Shown here: positions 13,415 through 28,554 of the stretch, one piece after another | Numbering within the stretch: position 1 is the stretch's first letter | Layout: every line of letters begins with the position of its first letter | Assembly: GCF_006345805.1 (NCBI RefSeq) | Contig: NC_043001.1 | Span: 92,566,001 to 92,630,000 of the forward strand | Length of the DNA stretch: 64,000 nucleotides | Reading direction: 5' to 3' | From: Octopus sinensis | Taxonomy: Eukaryota | Made by a program: the position numbers and the translations under genes | The notes under the pieces: generated by a model | Database searches by the model: none | What the model saw: the letters and a program-made list of their open reading frames with translations, nothing else | What the model was told of the DNA's origin: nothing

Positions 13415-16400
13415 TTAAAATAACTATTGCGTGTTTAGACAGATGAAAATAGGACAGCTGTCAGATATCCCAACTGCATCATTAATGCTATTTTCTATGA
13501 TATCTCTTAGTCTTGACTCCAAATGTCACTAGAGAAAGCATAAGTCTTGTATGCCATGTGAGCTAATATTATAATTCACTGTAAGATAACAAGATTAATG
13601 CCACTGAGCTACTAATTTTTCTTTTATAAAATTTCTGATGACTAAGGAAATTATTATTTTTCAATTTTCTAAGTTCTATAATGATAATGTAATGCAGTTA
13701 ATATGAGAATTATATCTTGATTAAGCTTAACTTTTATGTGAATTGTGTGCTAGAAATTCTTAAAGTAGATATTATACTTCAACCAAATTTCTGAACACTT
13801 TAATGTATTAGAGCAAGCTTTTCAAGGTCAATGTAATTTCTTCTATCTTCACTCATATATGCAATTTTCTATTACTGAGAAAGAAAAAAATTGTTGGATT
13901 CCAAGCAACAAAATCTTTCTAAATTTCCCTCAGTCGTCACTCATATCTATCCATTGGAAAAGAGTGAAATATATTAATTGGAAGTAAGGAAAAAATTTCT
14001 TGGTGATGTTCTTTAATGCACATTTTACTGGAAAATATTCCATTTTATCATTCAAACTACAATATGGACAATAAAAAATTTTCCAACTGTCAGAGAGGAA
14101 TACTAAAATTAATGGAAACTAATTCTGCAAGCTAGGAAAAATGAATAGAGCTGATAATCATTTGATTTTCAATCAGGATGTGTGTGCATGTGTGCATGAA
14201 AGAGTGTACATTAGTGTATGTATTAGAGGGAGAACACAAGAATTATCTAGATGAAATATACTTTTTTGTTTTCCTTCATATTTTTAAGGGAACTGTTTCA
14301 TAAAAGCCAAATTGTTCTAGAATTAGCATGAACAACAGATATTCTACACTTTAGACCATATTTTGAAATATCTTGTCAGATCTGTGAATGTACGTCTAAA
14401 AGGTCAACAAAATTATATCAATATTAGATGAAAACAAAAGTCCATTGTAGACAAAAAATATGCCAGTGATGCTGAGAAATGTTCTCCAGTCTACAACTAC
14501 TGGAAAATAGTAGTTTTAAATAGAATTATATATAAAACATTGAAATTAGTTGAAATGGTTCTTAGATATTAAAACTCATTCACTCATTGACACATTCATT
14601 TTGTGACAACTGTTCACATTTAGTTGTCATATTTCTTATTTATATGAAGTCATACTACATGAAGTTTAGAAATGTAAAAATATTAAAAATAGAAATTTGC
14701 CAAAAGCTGTATTGTATGTATCAGTTTAATTTAGTTATTAATATATTTGCAAGTATAATCATATACATGCAGTAATGGATATGATACTGTTACCATAACT
14801 TCATGTGTATATAGGTGTTTATGTGTGGATACAAGTGTTTAGGTCCCCTTATAAAATTGAAGTGAGAATAAAAGCACTAAGTGTAAACAGATAACTAAAT
14901 ATCAGGTACTAAATGATCCCAATGAAGACATAACCCAAAGTCACAGGATATTTTAGTTGAGAAACTTATTTTGAGAATAATATCAAGGGATAATTCTACT
15001 CTTAGTTAAGCAGTTTGTATTGAAATATCAGAAAATACATTACACAATACATATATGTATGCATGCTCATAAACATACATTATATACATATATATGTATA
15101 CACACACACACATATACATATGTGTGTGTGTATCTGTAATGTGTGCATGTACTTATAGTATACATATAATGGAATCTATACCTTTAAGCATCAGGAAACT
15201 AGCAGCAGCAGCAAATTGTATCCTACATACAACTAATAATAACAATAATAATTTCTTTTATTAATAATTTGACCCAAATAAGTAAGTCAATGTAAATTTA
15301 AGAGAAACTAGTTTAAGATATAATGTTAAATAAAGAATAGGAGGAAAATGTAATTTGCTGCTTTCTATAAATATATATGAGCGTGTATATCTGAGTGCAC
15401 TCATGTAATGTAATGGAGATTTTAATCCATGTGCAGGTTTCACACAACACACCTTGCACGGACACAAGCTCTGATAATCAATAGAAGTTAAGAAAGGAAG
15501 ACAGCTGGTGTTGTTTCAACCATTCCATGATATACAAACTGTGCTTGCTTATAAAATATGCTCGGAAGATACAGGATGAAGTAAACCAACAAATGTATTT
15601 AGGGATTTGGACAACTTAAGAAAGTGAAGTGATATGGAATTGTTGATTGTACTTACAAATAAGTTATCTATCAATATTTTTCTTTTACCACATATTAAAG
15701 TACTCTTTAACTAATTAATATTAGTCAGTAAAAATTGGCAGTGAATTGTCAAATTTGTCAGAACACTTTTATGCTTTAGGTTCAAATTTTGCCAATATCA
15801 ACTTTATTTTTCATCCTTCTGGATTGATAAAATATCAGTAAAGGGGGTCAATTTAATCACCTTAACTCTTCCTCAGCAATGTGTGGTTTTGTCCTACTGT
15901 TAGAAGCCAATATTATAATCATCCTCAGAACTTTCTAATAATGATAATGGTTTCCTACATTTTTGCCGGTAGGAAACATAAAATGATCAACATTAGACTG
16001 CACTCGTCTATACAAATAGAACAAAGAAAGTTATGTAAGAAAAAACAATTCTTTAACTTGATCAACTCAATTTCAGGGATATATCACAAGTCTGAACACA
16101 ATTCAACTGTCAACATAACACCACATTAAACAGTGCCATAGATGCAGCTGCCTTCTTTTTCTAATTTTCTACACATAATCACAGTTACTTCCCATGAAAG
16201 ACTAGCTGTGTGAAACTCAGGAAAGGATTAAAATCTCCAGCATTACACATAAAATTGTTTTCACACTCCACACACTTTTGCTACATAGTTTACTTTTATG
16301 TTTTTGCACTAATACAATAAACAAACTATCTTCATATATGACAGATTTCAATAGGACAGAAATAGACATATATCATACTTGAGTAACATAAATAGTGAAA

Positions 16401-16612
16401 CACAGAACAGGTTTGCATACAAAGTACAGCTTAAAGAAGAAATAACAAAGTGTTTTGTCAGCCATATAGCTAAAGGAATTAGTGATTTTGGGTGATAGTT
16501 CCACATTTTGGACAAGAATTCTTTCCATTCTTTCCAGTCTTATTATTCACTAACATGAAAATAAGTTAAAATCAAAAGAAAGTTTATTTTGTATCTATTG
16601 ATGATGATGATG

Positions 16613-16652
<40 letters not shown>

Positions 16653-18574
16653 TGATAATAAAAATAATAATAATAATAATGTGGTACAAAAAAATTATAT
16701 ATGTATAAATGTCATAGTTTTTTCCTAAATATTACAGTTATTAACTACATTAAATAAACTAAAAAGGTTGAATTTATCTTGATTCTAAGATTGCGAAAAT
16801 TGTCTTTTGTAAATCCATAACTATGTTTTATTCAATTGATAACATATTAACAAGTTGTTTCTAAATCATCAAGCAATATTAAAAACAAGAGAATGAAGTA
16901 ACAGAATAGAAGACTAGTGAATATCAGACATAGGTCTACATTAAAGAATAATGATAGAGCAATTATGTAAATCTGTTACGAACAGATCAATCTGCCAAAC
17001 TAGCAGAAATAATCAGACAACATAAATGACCAATGACAACAACAGCAACATCAATGACAACAATAACAGCAACAGACCCAACTACATTTGGTACTGAGAT
17101 AACATGAACATGAAACAAGATTGAAATTATAAACGAAGACAAAAAATACAAAATATAACAGAATTAAAACAAATAAACACATTAATAATAAATATATATA
17201 TTTTCCAAATATATCTATTTACATATATTACACATACACACACAAACCTGGTAACTGGTTCATCCTTCATTTACACATATCTTTGTATGGCAAGAAAGAC
17301 GAATATAGTCACTGAAACATAATTACATGTTCTACAACTACCCTCTGCAAATGATTCTATATTCCAGACTATCACATCTGTGAATATTTACAGTAATTTT
17401 TCAAATCTGATTCCAAAGAAGTGAATATATTATATGATTTAAGATACATTTACTATTCTGAAATATTTCAGCTGCATTTAATTTATTTCCTTTCTTACAT
17501 ACTCCAGCAATGCATACAACTGAAAATTGACAATGCTCTTCATAGGAGATAGATAATCTTCAAGTAGAGGTGTTCTTTAAAAGTGATATATACTATTGAT
17601 TTAGAAAATGATATCTAGATTAATAAATGTAAGCAATATCATAAATAACACCTATTTAACTGATATTTTGTGCAGTAGTAAGGCAACTCTATAATTTAGA
17701 TCTATAAAAAAATTGTCCTAATAACTATGCTTCTAAAATAAACAACTAAAAAATCAGGAATACTAGCAATGTTACCTTTTGGCTATGACATTGGATTCGA
17801 TATATAAAGAATTATAGTCAAAAGAAAATAATAAGATCTGTGTACATTTGCTGTCATTTAAAATAGAATTACTGGAATCATTATGACTTAACAACTAACT
17901 TACAGTAAACTTCCTATAAAAATCATTGTTTTTCTATTCACTAGTAAAGTGAAGAAAACAATCTATAAAGAAGGCCCAATTCATTGATTCTATAACATGT
18001 TGTTTAATACAGCAAATTTTCATTTTATATTATTTAAAATTAGATTGTTTTCTCCTTTAAAAATATCTAACTTAGACTCAAGATCACATATTTCTAGAGG
18101 AGAGGAGGAGGATCAGTTGATTTCAGTGTATTATGGGTACTTGTTTTATTGACTTTGAAGAGATGAAAAGTAAAGTTGAGTCTGATATGATTTGAATGCA
18201 ACAGGTAAAGTATTATAGCTTAAGACCACTACAAGGTGCTTCACTGCTCTATTTCCTTATACAATACCGAATCTGATTACATGTACAAGACTTCCTTCAT
18301 TAAAAGAATTGCAGGAAACTAGTATGAATTATAAACTTATACAACATAATAATATAGATCTAAATTCTAAAGAGAGAGCTGGGGGTAGAGAATACACAGA
18401 ATTTGAAAGTTCACTTGCATTCCCTCTTCCAAGTAAATGTATTTTGCCAATGAAGGCAATAAACTGAAATACTTGAGCACTTGCTTAAAGACCTCTTCAG
18501 TCTATTACTGTCGCCTGTTAGAACTGAAAGACCTGTTGTTTTTTCTTTTCTTTCAGTGGTGGTGAGATTTGGAC

Positions 18575-18790
18575 TCACATGGCACAAAGCCAGAACAAGC
18601 ACTGTAAAGTAAATCATCAAACATTCTAACAATTTCACCAATCCACTGTCTTGGAATGGTACTTTATTTACTGATTCCAAAAGGATGAAAGATATGACAA
18701 TAGCAGGATTTGAACTTTGAGCACATAAAGCTTGAATATACACCGCAAGGTATTTTATCTGAATAGCTTTGCCAATTCACTGCCTATATC
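18575..18790 (-). mobile_element. SINE family B, degenerate (similar copies at about 2270-2420, 15740-15910, 18100-18240, 31545-31760, 38160-38330, 41070-41250, 50720-50860, 58630-58800)
   Basis: ggtactttatttt...aaaggatgaaag...ggatttgaact motif. Confidence 0.7.
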
Positions 18791-19475
18791 AGCAATTTTA
18801 CTACTTAAAGTTATTGAATTAACTGGAAACTGTTTGAATGGAAATGCTACTAGAATAGCAAACACTTAAATAGCTTTACATTATCTTTCTTGTCACCTAA
18901 TCATTCTTATTGTACATTTTCATTATATTTGTATCCTCATATTTGTATCCAAAACGTTTAAAGAGTTAACTATAGCATGCGGAGGTAATTATTACTGTGA
19001 TTCATGATGTAAGAAACATTGCAGGACTATATTTATAATACTTCTGGTAAATATCTTCCTTATAAATTTGTAATCTAAGATAAAGTACCTAAAAACATGT
19101 AAATTGTAAGCAAATATGATTGTTAAACTAGGCAGCTGAATGAAATAACTGGAAATAGTTCACATGTGCAAAGGATAAGTTTTATATATAATTCCATGCA
19201 AATCACAAAGAAAACACAACTTGACAATTCCTTATTTTCTTTTGAAGACTAAACAAAAAACAAATATTTTCTTTAACAAAGAGATACAAGGACACCAAAC
19301 AATAAGAAGTTGTAACTAAATACAGAAAGAAAAATAAAAAAAACAAAATGAAAATAAAAATTGTAAATCATTTTACCAGAATTACCAACTGATTCAATAT
19401 TTCTTCAGTAATAAACATTTTTTTCTAATGTTAACAGTTAACATATATGTGTATGTATACATGTGTGTGTGTGTG

Positions 19476-19508
<33 letters not shown>

Positions 19509-19716
19509 ATGCTATTGATAACTAAGGCTTATTTCTGAGCAAGGTGAATATTTGAAATCCAAATTTAAGTGAAAAATTCTAGTACTACACAAAGATACAA
19601 TTCCAGACTGCATATTTCAATCATAAGCATATATTGATCTCTCATGTTTGTGCTAATGCTTTAAAAAATTCATGTACATATATGTAAGTCTACACACATA
19701 CACATAAATAAAGCCT

Positions 19717-19764
<48 letters not shown>

Positions 19765-20736
19765 TACACACACAAATACATATGGATGTGTGTGTATAGA
19801 TATACACACTCAATAAGGTAATGGTAAACTGGATTATTTTCCTCTATCTATAAGATATTTGGCAGTTGACTGCAATAATTGGTGCGCCTGAAATATTATT
19901 TCAGACACTGATGAATATGACCATCAACTACACAAAAAAGTTAGATATGAGAAAATAATCTGGTTTATCAATGCATAATTATAATCAACTCTACACACTT
20001 TAACAGATATGTGCATTATGTGTGTATATGTTTGTGTGTGTATGCACACACACACACATTAGTATTAACAAACAGAAGAAAGAGTACACAACCCCAGAGT
20101 ACAATATTTATTTATGGCCAGCAAGAATTTGTATCTCTATCCAAGGCTTCATACTAGAATGAAAGGATGTCACAAGTTTTGGATTATGAATTCTGGCTAA
20201 AGATGGCGTAATGATATAAAGTATAAATATGACATAGATGAGATACATGAAGCGTGTCTCAGCAGGTTTTAATATTGTTGACAGGAAAATAATTCTCAAA
20301 GCAACAAATAGCAACAAATGTAAATCTACTATGACAAGAGGGGTGATTCTCCTTTCTGAGTTAATGAACATATGCTTTGATACACACAAAAATACTTAGG
20401 AGAATATAGGAAAAATACATATAAAACTAAGGGTAAGCATATATCATGTATGCAATAGGCATATTCATATACATATGATTATTTACCCAGAAAGGAGAAT
20501 CACTTCCCTAACTCTTGTAGATTAGTACCTGCTGTCTTGAGAATTACCACATTTTAGCATACTGAGGCAAAAATTCATATGTATTTTCTCTATGTTGGAC
20601 TTATGCTCCTCAGATCAAAATATGAACTTGTCTACCATCTTAGCTTCAATCATAATTTTCAAACTGAAGATAGCAACATGATTTCAAGTCAACATGAAAC
20701 CTTAAGTACTGATATGTATTCAGGCTGACCATAAAA

Positions 20737-20804
<68 letters not shown>

Positions 20805-20815
20805 ATGTATGTATG

Positions 20816-20866
<51 letters not shown>

Positions 20867-22100
20867 ATCAAGGAATGCTGATTCTGATGTGCCTCATATT
20901 GATAATGTGGTTTAACAGCTGTAGTAGGACCTACTGTTGAGAATTAGATATCATTAACTTAAATGACTTCAATATTAATAGTGACGATAACTGAAAGAAG
21001 AGAAGTGAAAGGAAAACAGAAAAAGAAAGCATGAACAGAATTTTAAAGAGAAATATTTTGTTTGTTCATGATATACTCAAGTTAGTTGAAGAATTTGTTG
21101 GTGAGTGAACTAATTGATTCAAAATTATATGAAATAAATCCCCCAAATATGAACATTTATTGTTAGTGAGAGACTGTAATGAAATTAGGCAAAAAAAAAA
21201 AATGAAAGAAAGAAAGGAAATGCTCACCAAATTATAATTTAGAATATTGAAGATAATATAAAATAACAATTAGGGACTTGCAAGCCTGTACTTCAGGAAA
21301 CATATCCATATTTTAGAAAGGGTTGAAACCTTACTTCTAAGAGTTTCAACTGAGGTTGAATTTAATTTATAAAATATATATTATATTATCATAGGCAAAT
21401 ACAACCATATTAGAATTTGACAAATTGGTCATAGAAAGTCAAATGATTTTTTTTCTTATTGCCTTTTTCAGTCAGAATATATATTTTTTATGATGGAAGA
21501 GATAAATGGTTGCTATAATGTAGGCATTAATAATTTACATGAAATAAAATAACTATATTTAGAAATCAAATTGCAAACTCAATTCATTTTAGGATCAAAA
21601 TTGATTCAATCAATTTCCAAAATTGTTAAATTCTTTAAGTATGAATAAATCACCTGCTGAACATTGCATCCAAAGTAATCTTTCTATTCTCTTTGTTCCA
21701 GTGTGTATTGAGTTCACTAAGCCTGACAGATCCTACATTTTCTTCCTTACACACAGATACATGAATATTTACTTAGCCTGAAATACGCTAAATTTTGACT
21801 AGCTGGATGCTCTCTTCAAAAAACATTAATTTTTTAAATGTAAATATCATACTTGTTATATTGTGTGAGAGATTACAGAATCTTCCTTCTGTATAATTTA
21901 ATGATATTAAAATTTTGGAAAGGGAAAAAAATCAAAATATGTGAATTATTAAATTTTCTTCAATTATGATATACATTTTTAGGTCACTGCTATTGCAATG
22001 TTTCTTTACTATTGAGAGGGGCATAACAGAATCAAGACAAAAAATACATAAAATGAAAACAAGCAAAATTATCTATACCCTTTTCATATATACATATATA

Positions 22101-24475
22101 AGGAGAAATAAAGTACTCAGAAATCTGGATGGTTTTATATTTACAGATATTTATTAATACGTCACATGTTTTTATAAATCATATATTAGCACTTGCATCC
22201 ACTCAAGTGGAGTCTTCAGATTGAATTTTTTCAGATCTGTCTCTTTTTATAGTATTATTGAGTGTGTAGGGGTGGAAAGACATAAGATAGTAAAAGAGGG
22301 TGAGGAATGGGGAGAAAGTGAGAGAGAGAGTGTGCGTGTGTGTGCCTTTTTATCTGAAAGAAGTGTCAATGGAAAAGAGAAAGAAAGGAAGAAGGAAGAG
22401 AGAAAGAAGAAAAAAATGTGTTTACTTTTATACAGCTGGTCAGTTCTTTCAACAGAAAGTCATTCTTGGCTTTTAGAACTTTTAGAACAGGGAACTCATA
22501 GATAAACGTTTCAAAACAGACTTTATCACCAAAGCCACCCAATTAATACTTGAAGAAAACACATTCTCATTTAACAACAAAACATACTGACAGATAAAGA
22601 GTATGGCTATATGTACGAAATTCGCACCTTCATATGCCAACCTGGTGATGGGTTTCCTTGAGAACAAAATATACGATGAAATAAGGAAAGTCTTCGAGCA
22701 TGAATTCAGAGAAGACATCAAGAAAAAGTGGAAACGCTACCTCGATGACTGTTTCATCTTTTGGAAAGATCAGAAGATCTATGAACATTCCACAACATCC
22801 TCAACACACTGCACCCATCTATCAACTTCACGATAGATACCAGCCACAATGAACTTTTATTCCTAGACATCAACATCAAGATACACAACTCCATCGTCAC
22901 AACCAGATATCCACTACAAAAAAACAGACACACACCAATATTTAAATTTCTACTCCTGCTACCCCTCCCACATAAAAAGAAATATTCCATATAGTATGGC
23001 GAGACGCATATGCAGCATAGTAACCAACTCACAAACACACCAAATAAGACTAAATAAACTTAAAAACTTCCTACTAGAACAAAAATACCCACTCAAATTA
23101 ATAAAAAACGGAATCTCCAAAAACGAAAAACAAAGAAAAACATCATCCCCTTCATAAACACACACAACCCTGGAGTTACCAACATGTTTCAAATCATACG
23201 TTCAAACTTACAAATAGTCCTACAAAGTCCCAAAATGAGAAACATATTAAACAAATATCGCATAAAAAACCTGAAGAAACAACTAACAAGAGTGAACTTC
23301 TCATCAGAGACTAAAGCCGAATTCTTTGTAAAAGAGTGCGGAGATGGTAGATGTGGGATCTGCAGTAACCCCACCTACAAATATATAGAGGGAAACAAGC
23401 AAATAAAATTTAAGAGCGGTCACATATTGAAAGTAAATGCAGACATGAATTGCAAGATGCAGAACATAATATACTACATAACCTGCCCCACATGCAAGGA
23501 GAATTATATAGGCGAAACTGGAAATTCTTTATGCCAACAAGCCAGAATTCACCGACAACATGTCCAACAGGAGGAACTGCAAAAGATTCCACTGAGTAAA
23601 CATTTAGATACATGTGGAGAAGGAAAATTTAAGATCTTTACGTTCTATAAATGCCTAAGGAATGACACCTTCTTCAAGAAAAATACTTCATAACAAAGTA
23701 CTCACCCAAACTGAATGGCTGAAAATATTTCTGTAATGATTTGTACTAGATGAAGTAAATTTTTGTAAAGTAAATTGTATTAAACACACACACACAGAGT
23801 ACTATACATATGTACATATACATAAATAGAAACATTCTTACATTCAGATTCTCCAACCCATACCAGCATGGGAATCAAACATTGGATTGAAAGAACTGAA
23901 CAGTGGTATAGATGTCAACACAATTTTTTCTTCTTCCTTCTTTCTTTCCTTCTCTTTTCCATTGACACTCCTTTCAGATACACAGACACACACACACTCA
24001 CTCTCTCTCACAAGACAATGATAAAAAGAAATCCAGACAATTTTTTGAAAAATAACATTTACCCACCTTGAAGTAGCCACCTGGTTTTGCCATTTCTAAA
24101 AGCCAAGAATCACTTTCTATTGAAAGAACTGACCAGCTGTATAAAAGTAAACACATTTTTTCTTCTTCCTTTCCTTCTCTTTTCCATTGACACTCCTTTC
24201 AGATACAAAGGCACACACACACACACACTCTCTCTCTCTCTCTTTCTCTCACTTCCTCCCCATTCCTCACCCTCTTTTACTATCTTATATCTCTCTCCAT
24301 CCCTACACACTCAATAATACTATAAAAAGAGACAAATCTCCTGAAAAATTCAATCTGAAGACTCCACTAGAGTGGATGCAAGTGCTAATATATGATTTAT
24401 AAAAACATGTGGCATATTAATAAATATCTGTAAATATAAAACCATCCAGATCTGTGAGTACCTTATTTCTTCTAA
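22101..24475 (+). mobile_element. Penelope-like retroelement (probably Neptune-type), 5'-truncated and frameshifted, bounded by about 375-bp inverted repeats
   Basis: RT motifs MAICTKFAPSYANLVMGFLE and WKRYLDDCFIFW; Cys linker CGDGRCGIC; GIY-YIG domain NIIYYITCPTCKENYIGETGNSL..RIH. Arms about 22101-22478 and 24095-24475 are reverse complements; (TA)n lies on the right flank. Confidence 0.92.
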
Positions 24476-24510
24476 TATATAATATCTGTACATCATCTGC
24501 AAACCTTCTA

Positions 24511-24571
<61 letters not shown>

Positions 24572-25500
24572 CTTAGTGACTGAACATGCAGTGGCATCAG
24601 ATGGACTAACTGAAACAAACCCTCACAAAGAATTGCACAACTAAGTATTGAAGAGTTTTAAACGGTTTATTTGTGAGAATGCGATTAAAGATTTGAAATG
24701 AATGGTGTTTTAATGATGTAGCAAATATGTCTGTGTTGCTTAATGATGTGTTTTATTTAGGCACAATATTGAATCAATACATAATTTGTTACTTTTGAGT
24801 TGTCTTATTAGTTCTGTTCAAACAACCTGAAGTAATCATTAAGTTCATTATCAGAGGTATCTACGGATTTGGGCTAGATTTGAATCGCACAGCATTGGCA
24901 TCTTAACTGGAGCACAATGTAGAAGTTATGGATTTCAATCAACATGACTTTGTATATTTAGGTGTAAAAATTTAATACACAGATAACTTTAAATTAATAA
25001 ACTGTGTAAATTATACCAAACCCATGAGATTTTATGTAAGCTTGAATTGCTGATTTCCAACTATAATCACCACATTTCAGACACTTAGATTAAGTAACTG
25101 AAAAACCTTTGTACTTGATTATGTTGTTTTACTGCTGAATGTAAAACTGAAATGTTTCCTATGGTTGTCTTCAAGTGCTAAGTAAAGATCCTAGGATTAG
25201 AGATCAATAAAATTTTTGAATACTTTTTATTTTAGTTGGTATTCTAACAAAATGATATATGTGTATAAATTGTTGGAGAAGTAAAAGAAGTGTGAAACAA
25301 AATGAGAGAGAGAGTGGCAGAAGAAAAATTAAAGAAATAGAAATAAATTAAATCAGAATTTAAAAAACTGATTATTTATCGAATGCAGAAATACACAATT
25401 TAAAGAAAGAAATGCAATCCACAGGACAAAACAATAACAAAACAAGAAAACAATTTTAAGAAATAGACATAAACTAAGTGAGAGAAAGATGAAGAAGAGT

Positions 25501-25540
<40 letters not shown>

Positions 25541-25773
25541 AAAAGCAAAAGTAGATAGAAAACTAAGATAGAAGAGAGAAAGAAAGAGAATAGAAGGAAG
25601 AGAGAAAAACGTTTGTAATGAGAAGGAAAGAAGCTGTAAAAAAAAACAAAACAAAGATAGAAAAGATGAAAGTAAGAGACAAAGAAGAGAGTAAGAGATA
25701 CAGAGAGAAGTGGGGGAGTAAAGAAGAGGGAAACAGAGACAGAGAACTGATAGCATATGATTGTATTACTCAC

Positions 25774-25860
25774 TCTTAGTGTCAGGGATACTAGTGGCAG
25801 TAGTAGAAACCGCTATCCCTGGGGGTGGAGAAATAATGGATTCAGCGGTGAGTGTAGAAA
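25774..25860 (-). CDS. Candidate 87-nt phase 1-1 exon encoding a Ser/Thr/Pro-rich (mucin-like) segment VSTLTAESIISPPPGIAVSTTATSIPDTK
   Basis: Acceptor tgctgctag|TT (weak pyrimidine tract) and consensus donor A|gtgagt; GC-richer than flanks; no stop in phase 1. Confidence 0.6.
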
Positions 25861-26203
25861 CTAGCAGCATTGAGTGCCAGCTAGTAATAGGACCATGTCA
25901 AATACACCAGTAAATATATACCAACGAGATTGCATGGGATGCCAAATTTTTATCAGGATGCTGCCCTTAATAAGTGTTACGAACATTGTCCCCAGATTAT
26001 CATTTTCAATACTAATATTTATTATACTTTGTTGTCTTACCATACAACATTTTTATTTAACATTTTCCTCTTTATATTGGGGTTAAGAGTCACATCCTTT
26101 TAGCTACCACAAAGCAAATGTGTTTGAGAATATGCATATGTGTGTGCGTATACATATATATACACATTGATACATACATATATAAATATATAATGTATAT
26201 ATG

Positions 26204-26267
<64 letters not shown>

Positions 26268-27415
26268 ATATATATATAGATAACATATATATATAACACA
26301 CACACAAGCTCATATATATAATTCATACATACATGAGCTCACAGAAAGGTTAAGTGCTGTTGTATATGGTGGGTGTTATAAAACACATAGGAAGCTAACA
26401 GGAAGTGGCTGGGCAGTCCACTGTTACTCAGCACCAGAAATATTTTTTCTTTCCAGGGACCAGAGGACCATCTGACCTAAAGTCAACTTAACTATTTCAA
26501 TGATCCTAACAATATATCTTATGTATTAAATGACTACATAGCTTCTAAGTAAGGTAGTGTTTAAATGTTAATATAATGTACTACTTGTGGTATCAAGCCA
26601 ATAGTGCTGAAAGACAAGATTAATCCAGGATAGAGCTGAAAAACAAGAGTGCCAAGACGTATGACTATACACTATATGGTACTGGACCAAAACTGCCATT
26701 AATATACCTTTCCTTAATAAACTATTGATCCATTGTTGTATTGTAAACAAATAAATACTTTGCTGCTGAACTATGTTATTAGTTATGCCACAATGACATC
26801 AAAAGTTTTAATATTGAACAATGTCTTAAAACTTATCTACATACATATTTGAACATGTGTGTGCTCACATAAACACAACCCCTCCTATGTGTAGAGACAG
26901 ACAAACAGACAGACAGAGAAAGAGAGATATATGTATTATATGCAAGTATTATAAGTATATGTATACAACACCAAATGTTTTAAGGTTACTTTCATTGATA
27001 AAGCATGTACTTTTGACAGTCTAAGCATTTACATCATGGTTCCATTTCTGCAACACAGTTTTATGGCCAGATGTCCTTCCTGTCACAAACCCTTACAGTC
27101 AGTTCTTATAATAGACAAAGTTATGGTGTACTGATTGCAAAGATTGGATAGAAGTAGTATTATATGTATATTACACGTTTGTTCATTTTATGTCTGTTTT
27201 TCCATTTTGGCTTGAATTGGATGGATACTTATTTGAGACAGCATTTCACAATCAGATGCTCAGCCTATTGTCAATCCATTCATGCTTTTCAAGTAAGGGA
27301 TTTTTTTGTTTCACTAAACTTCAAGAGTTAAAAGCTACAGGACATACAGTTTACAGATGCTGGCTCATGCAGAGGAGCAAAACAAAAAAAAAATATATAT
27401 ATATATACATATATC

Positions 27416-27462
<47 letters not shown>

Positions 27463-28049
27463 CAGAGAGAGAAACTTAAACTCCAACTCCTTCATCCGAG
27501 GCCGGTAACTCTGATGTAGGAAGTCAGCAATTAGTATGACCTTTGTCAAGCAGGTATGTAAGTAAAAAAAAATAGGTAGATAAACAAAAGTAGGCATAAG
27601 GAATGTATTTACATGGACAGTTGCATTTTCAAAGAAATAATGTATGATGTAATCAACTTTTATCTTTGCAACTATTTTGGATAAAGAATGACAGGTGACA
27701 TAACCATGTATAGTATGTAATAAGGCTTAATAATAATGTATGTGTATGGATTAACACAACATTTTAGAGATTTGTGATGCAGAATTGTTATCTGCATTAG
27801 AAGGTTCTGGCAAATATTTGAATATTAATGAAAGCTGAAGTTGTTAGGTATAATACCATAACGCTTTCTGCACTGCCAGTCATTACACTCACTCCCCTAC
27901 GCTATTTTCCTTTGACACCTATTGCTCCTTCTTACCATCAACCTCATCTGCCTCCCTCATTATTATTGTTCATCTTCTTTCTTATTTTCCTCAGACCACT
28001 TCCACTACTATTTTTCCATCATTAGCATTGCTGTTCAAACAGATGTCAT

Positions 28050-28460
28050 ACTATCTGTCTTTCACTCTGAATGAGAGACTGCTAATATTTCTGTGAATTA
28101 TTGCTTCTGTGCATCTTCCACATACAAAAACTATTTTTTCTGTTAACCTTCCTGCAAATCCACTATACCTGTTGTTTGTCCATAGCTTGCTCAGCATACA
28201 CAATATGGAATTCCTGCCTACATCCCTCCTACATATTGAGCAGGGCCATTTACCTGATGGGAGTAGCGTCCTGTCTGTCTTCTTGCTTACTGAAACTTTA
28301 ATCTTTGCAAAGTTAACTTAAAGATACTTTGACTCCAGGTTTTACTTTCATACCTGGAATTTTCTTTTCTAATTCTTCAACAGAATCTGCTATAAGAACA
28401 ACATTATTAGCATAAAGTAGTTCCCAAGAACAATCAGTCTTATAATCTTCTGTCATGGTG
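28050..28460 (-). mobile_element. Old RTE-clade RT fragment (same family as 43960-46058)
   Basis: TEDYKTDCSWELLYANNVVLIADSVEELEKK matches TEEFKTGCPWELLYADDLALIAESLSELEEK of the young copy. Confidence 0.8.
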
Positions 28461-28554
28461 AGGACTGATCTCAGGATGTTGGGCCTCATGGAGGCATTCA
28501 CACAACTATTTTATTCAGGTACTGACAACAGTCCCCCATCTATCCTCTCATTCC

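Noticed and set aside
17499-17519. 21-nt AG..GT segment (xVCIAGV) in phase 1-1
   Set aside because: Splice sites are plausible, but a competing gtatgt donor 4 nt away breaks frame and there is no compositional support; retest only if RNA-seq is examined.
20108-20389. 93-aa hydrophobic minus-strand ORF with an in-phase AG near 20356 as a possible transmembrane exon
   Set aside because: No recognisable receptor TM signature and a weak acceptor; a few ORFs of this length are expected by chance in 64 kb.
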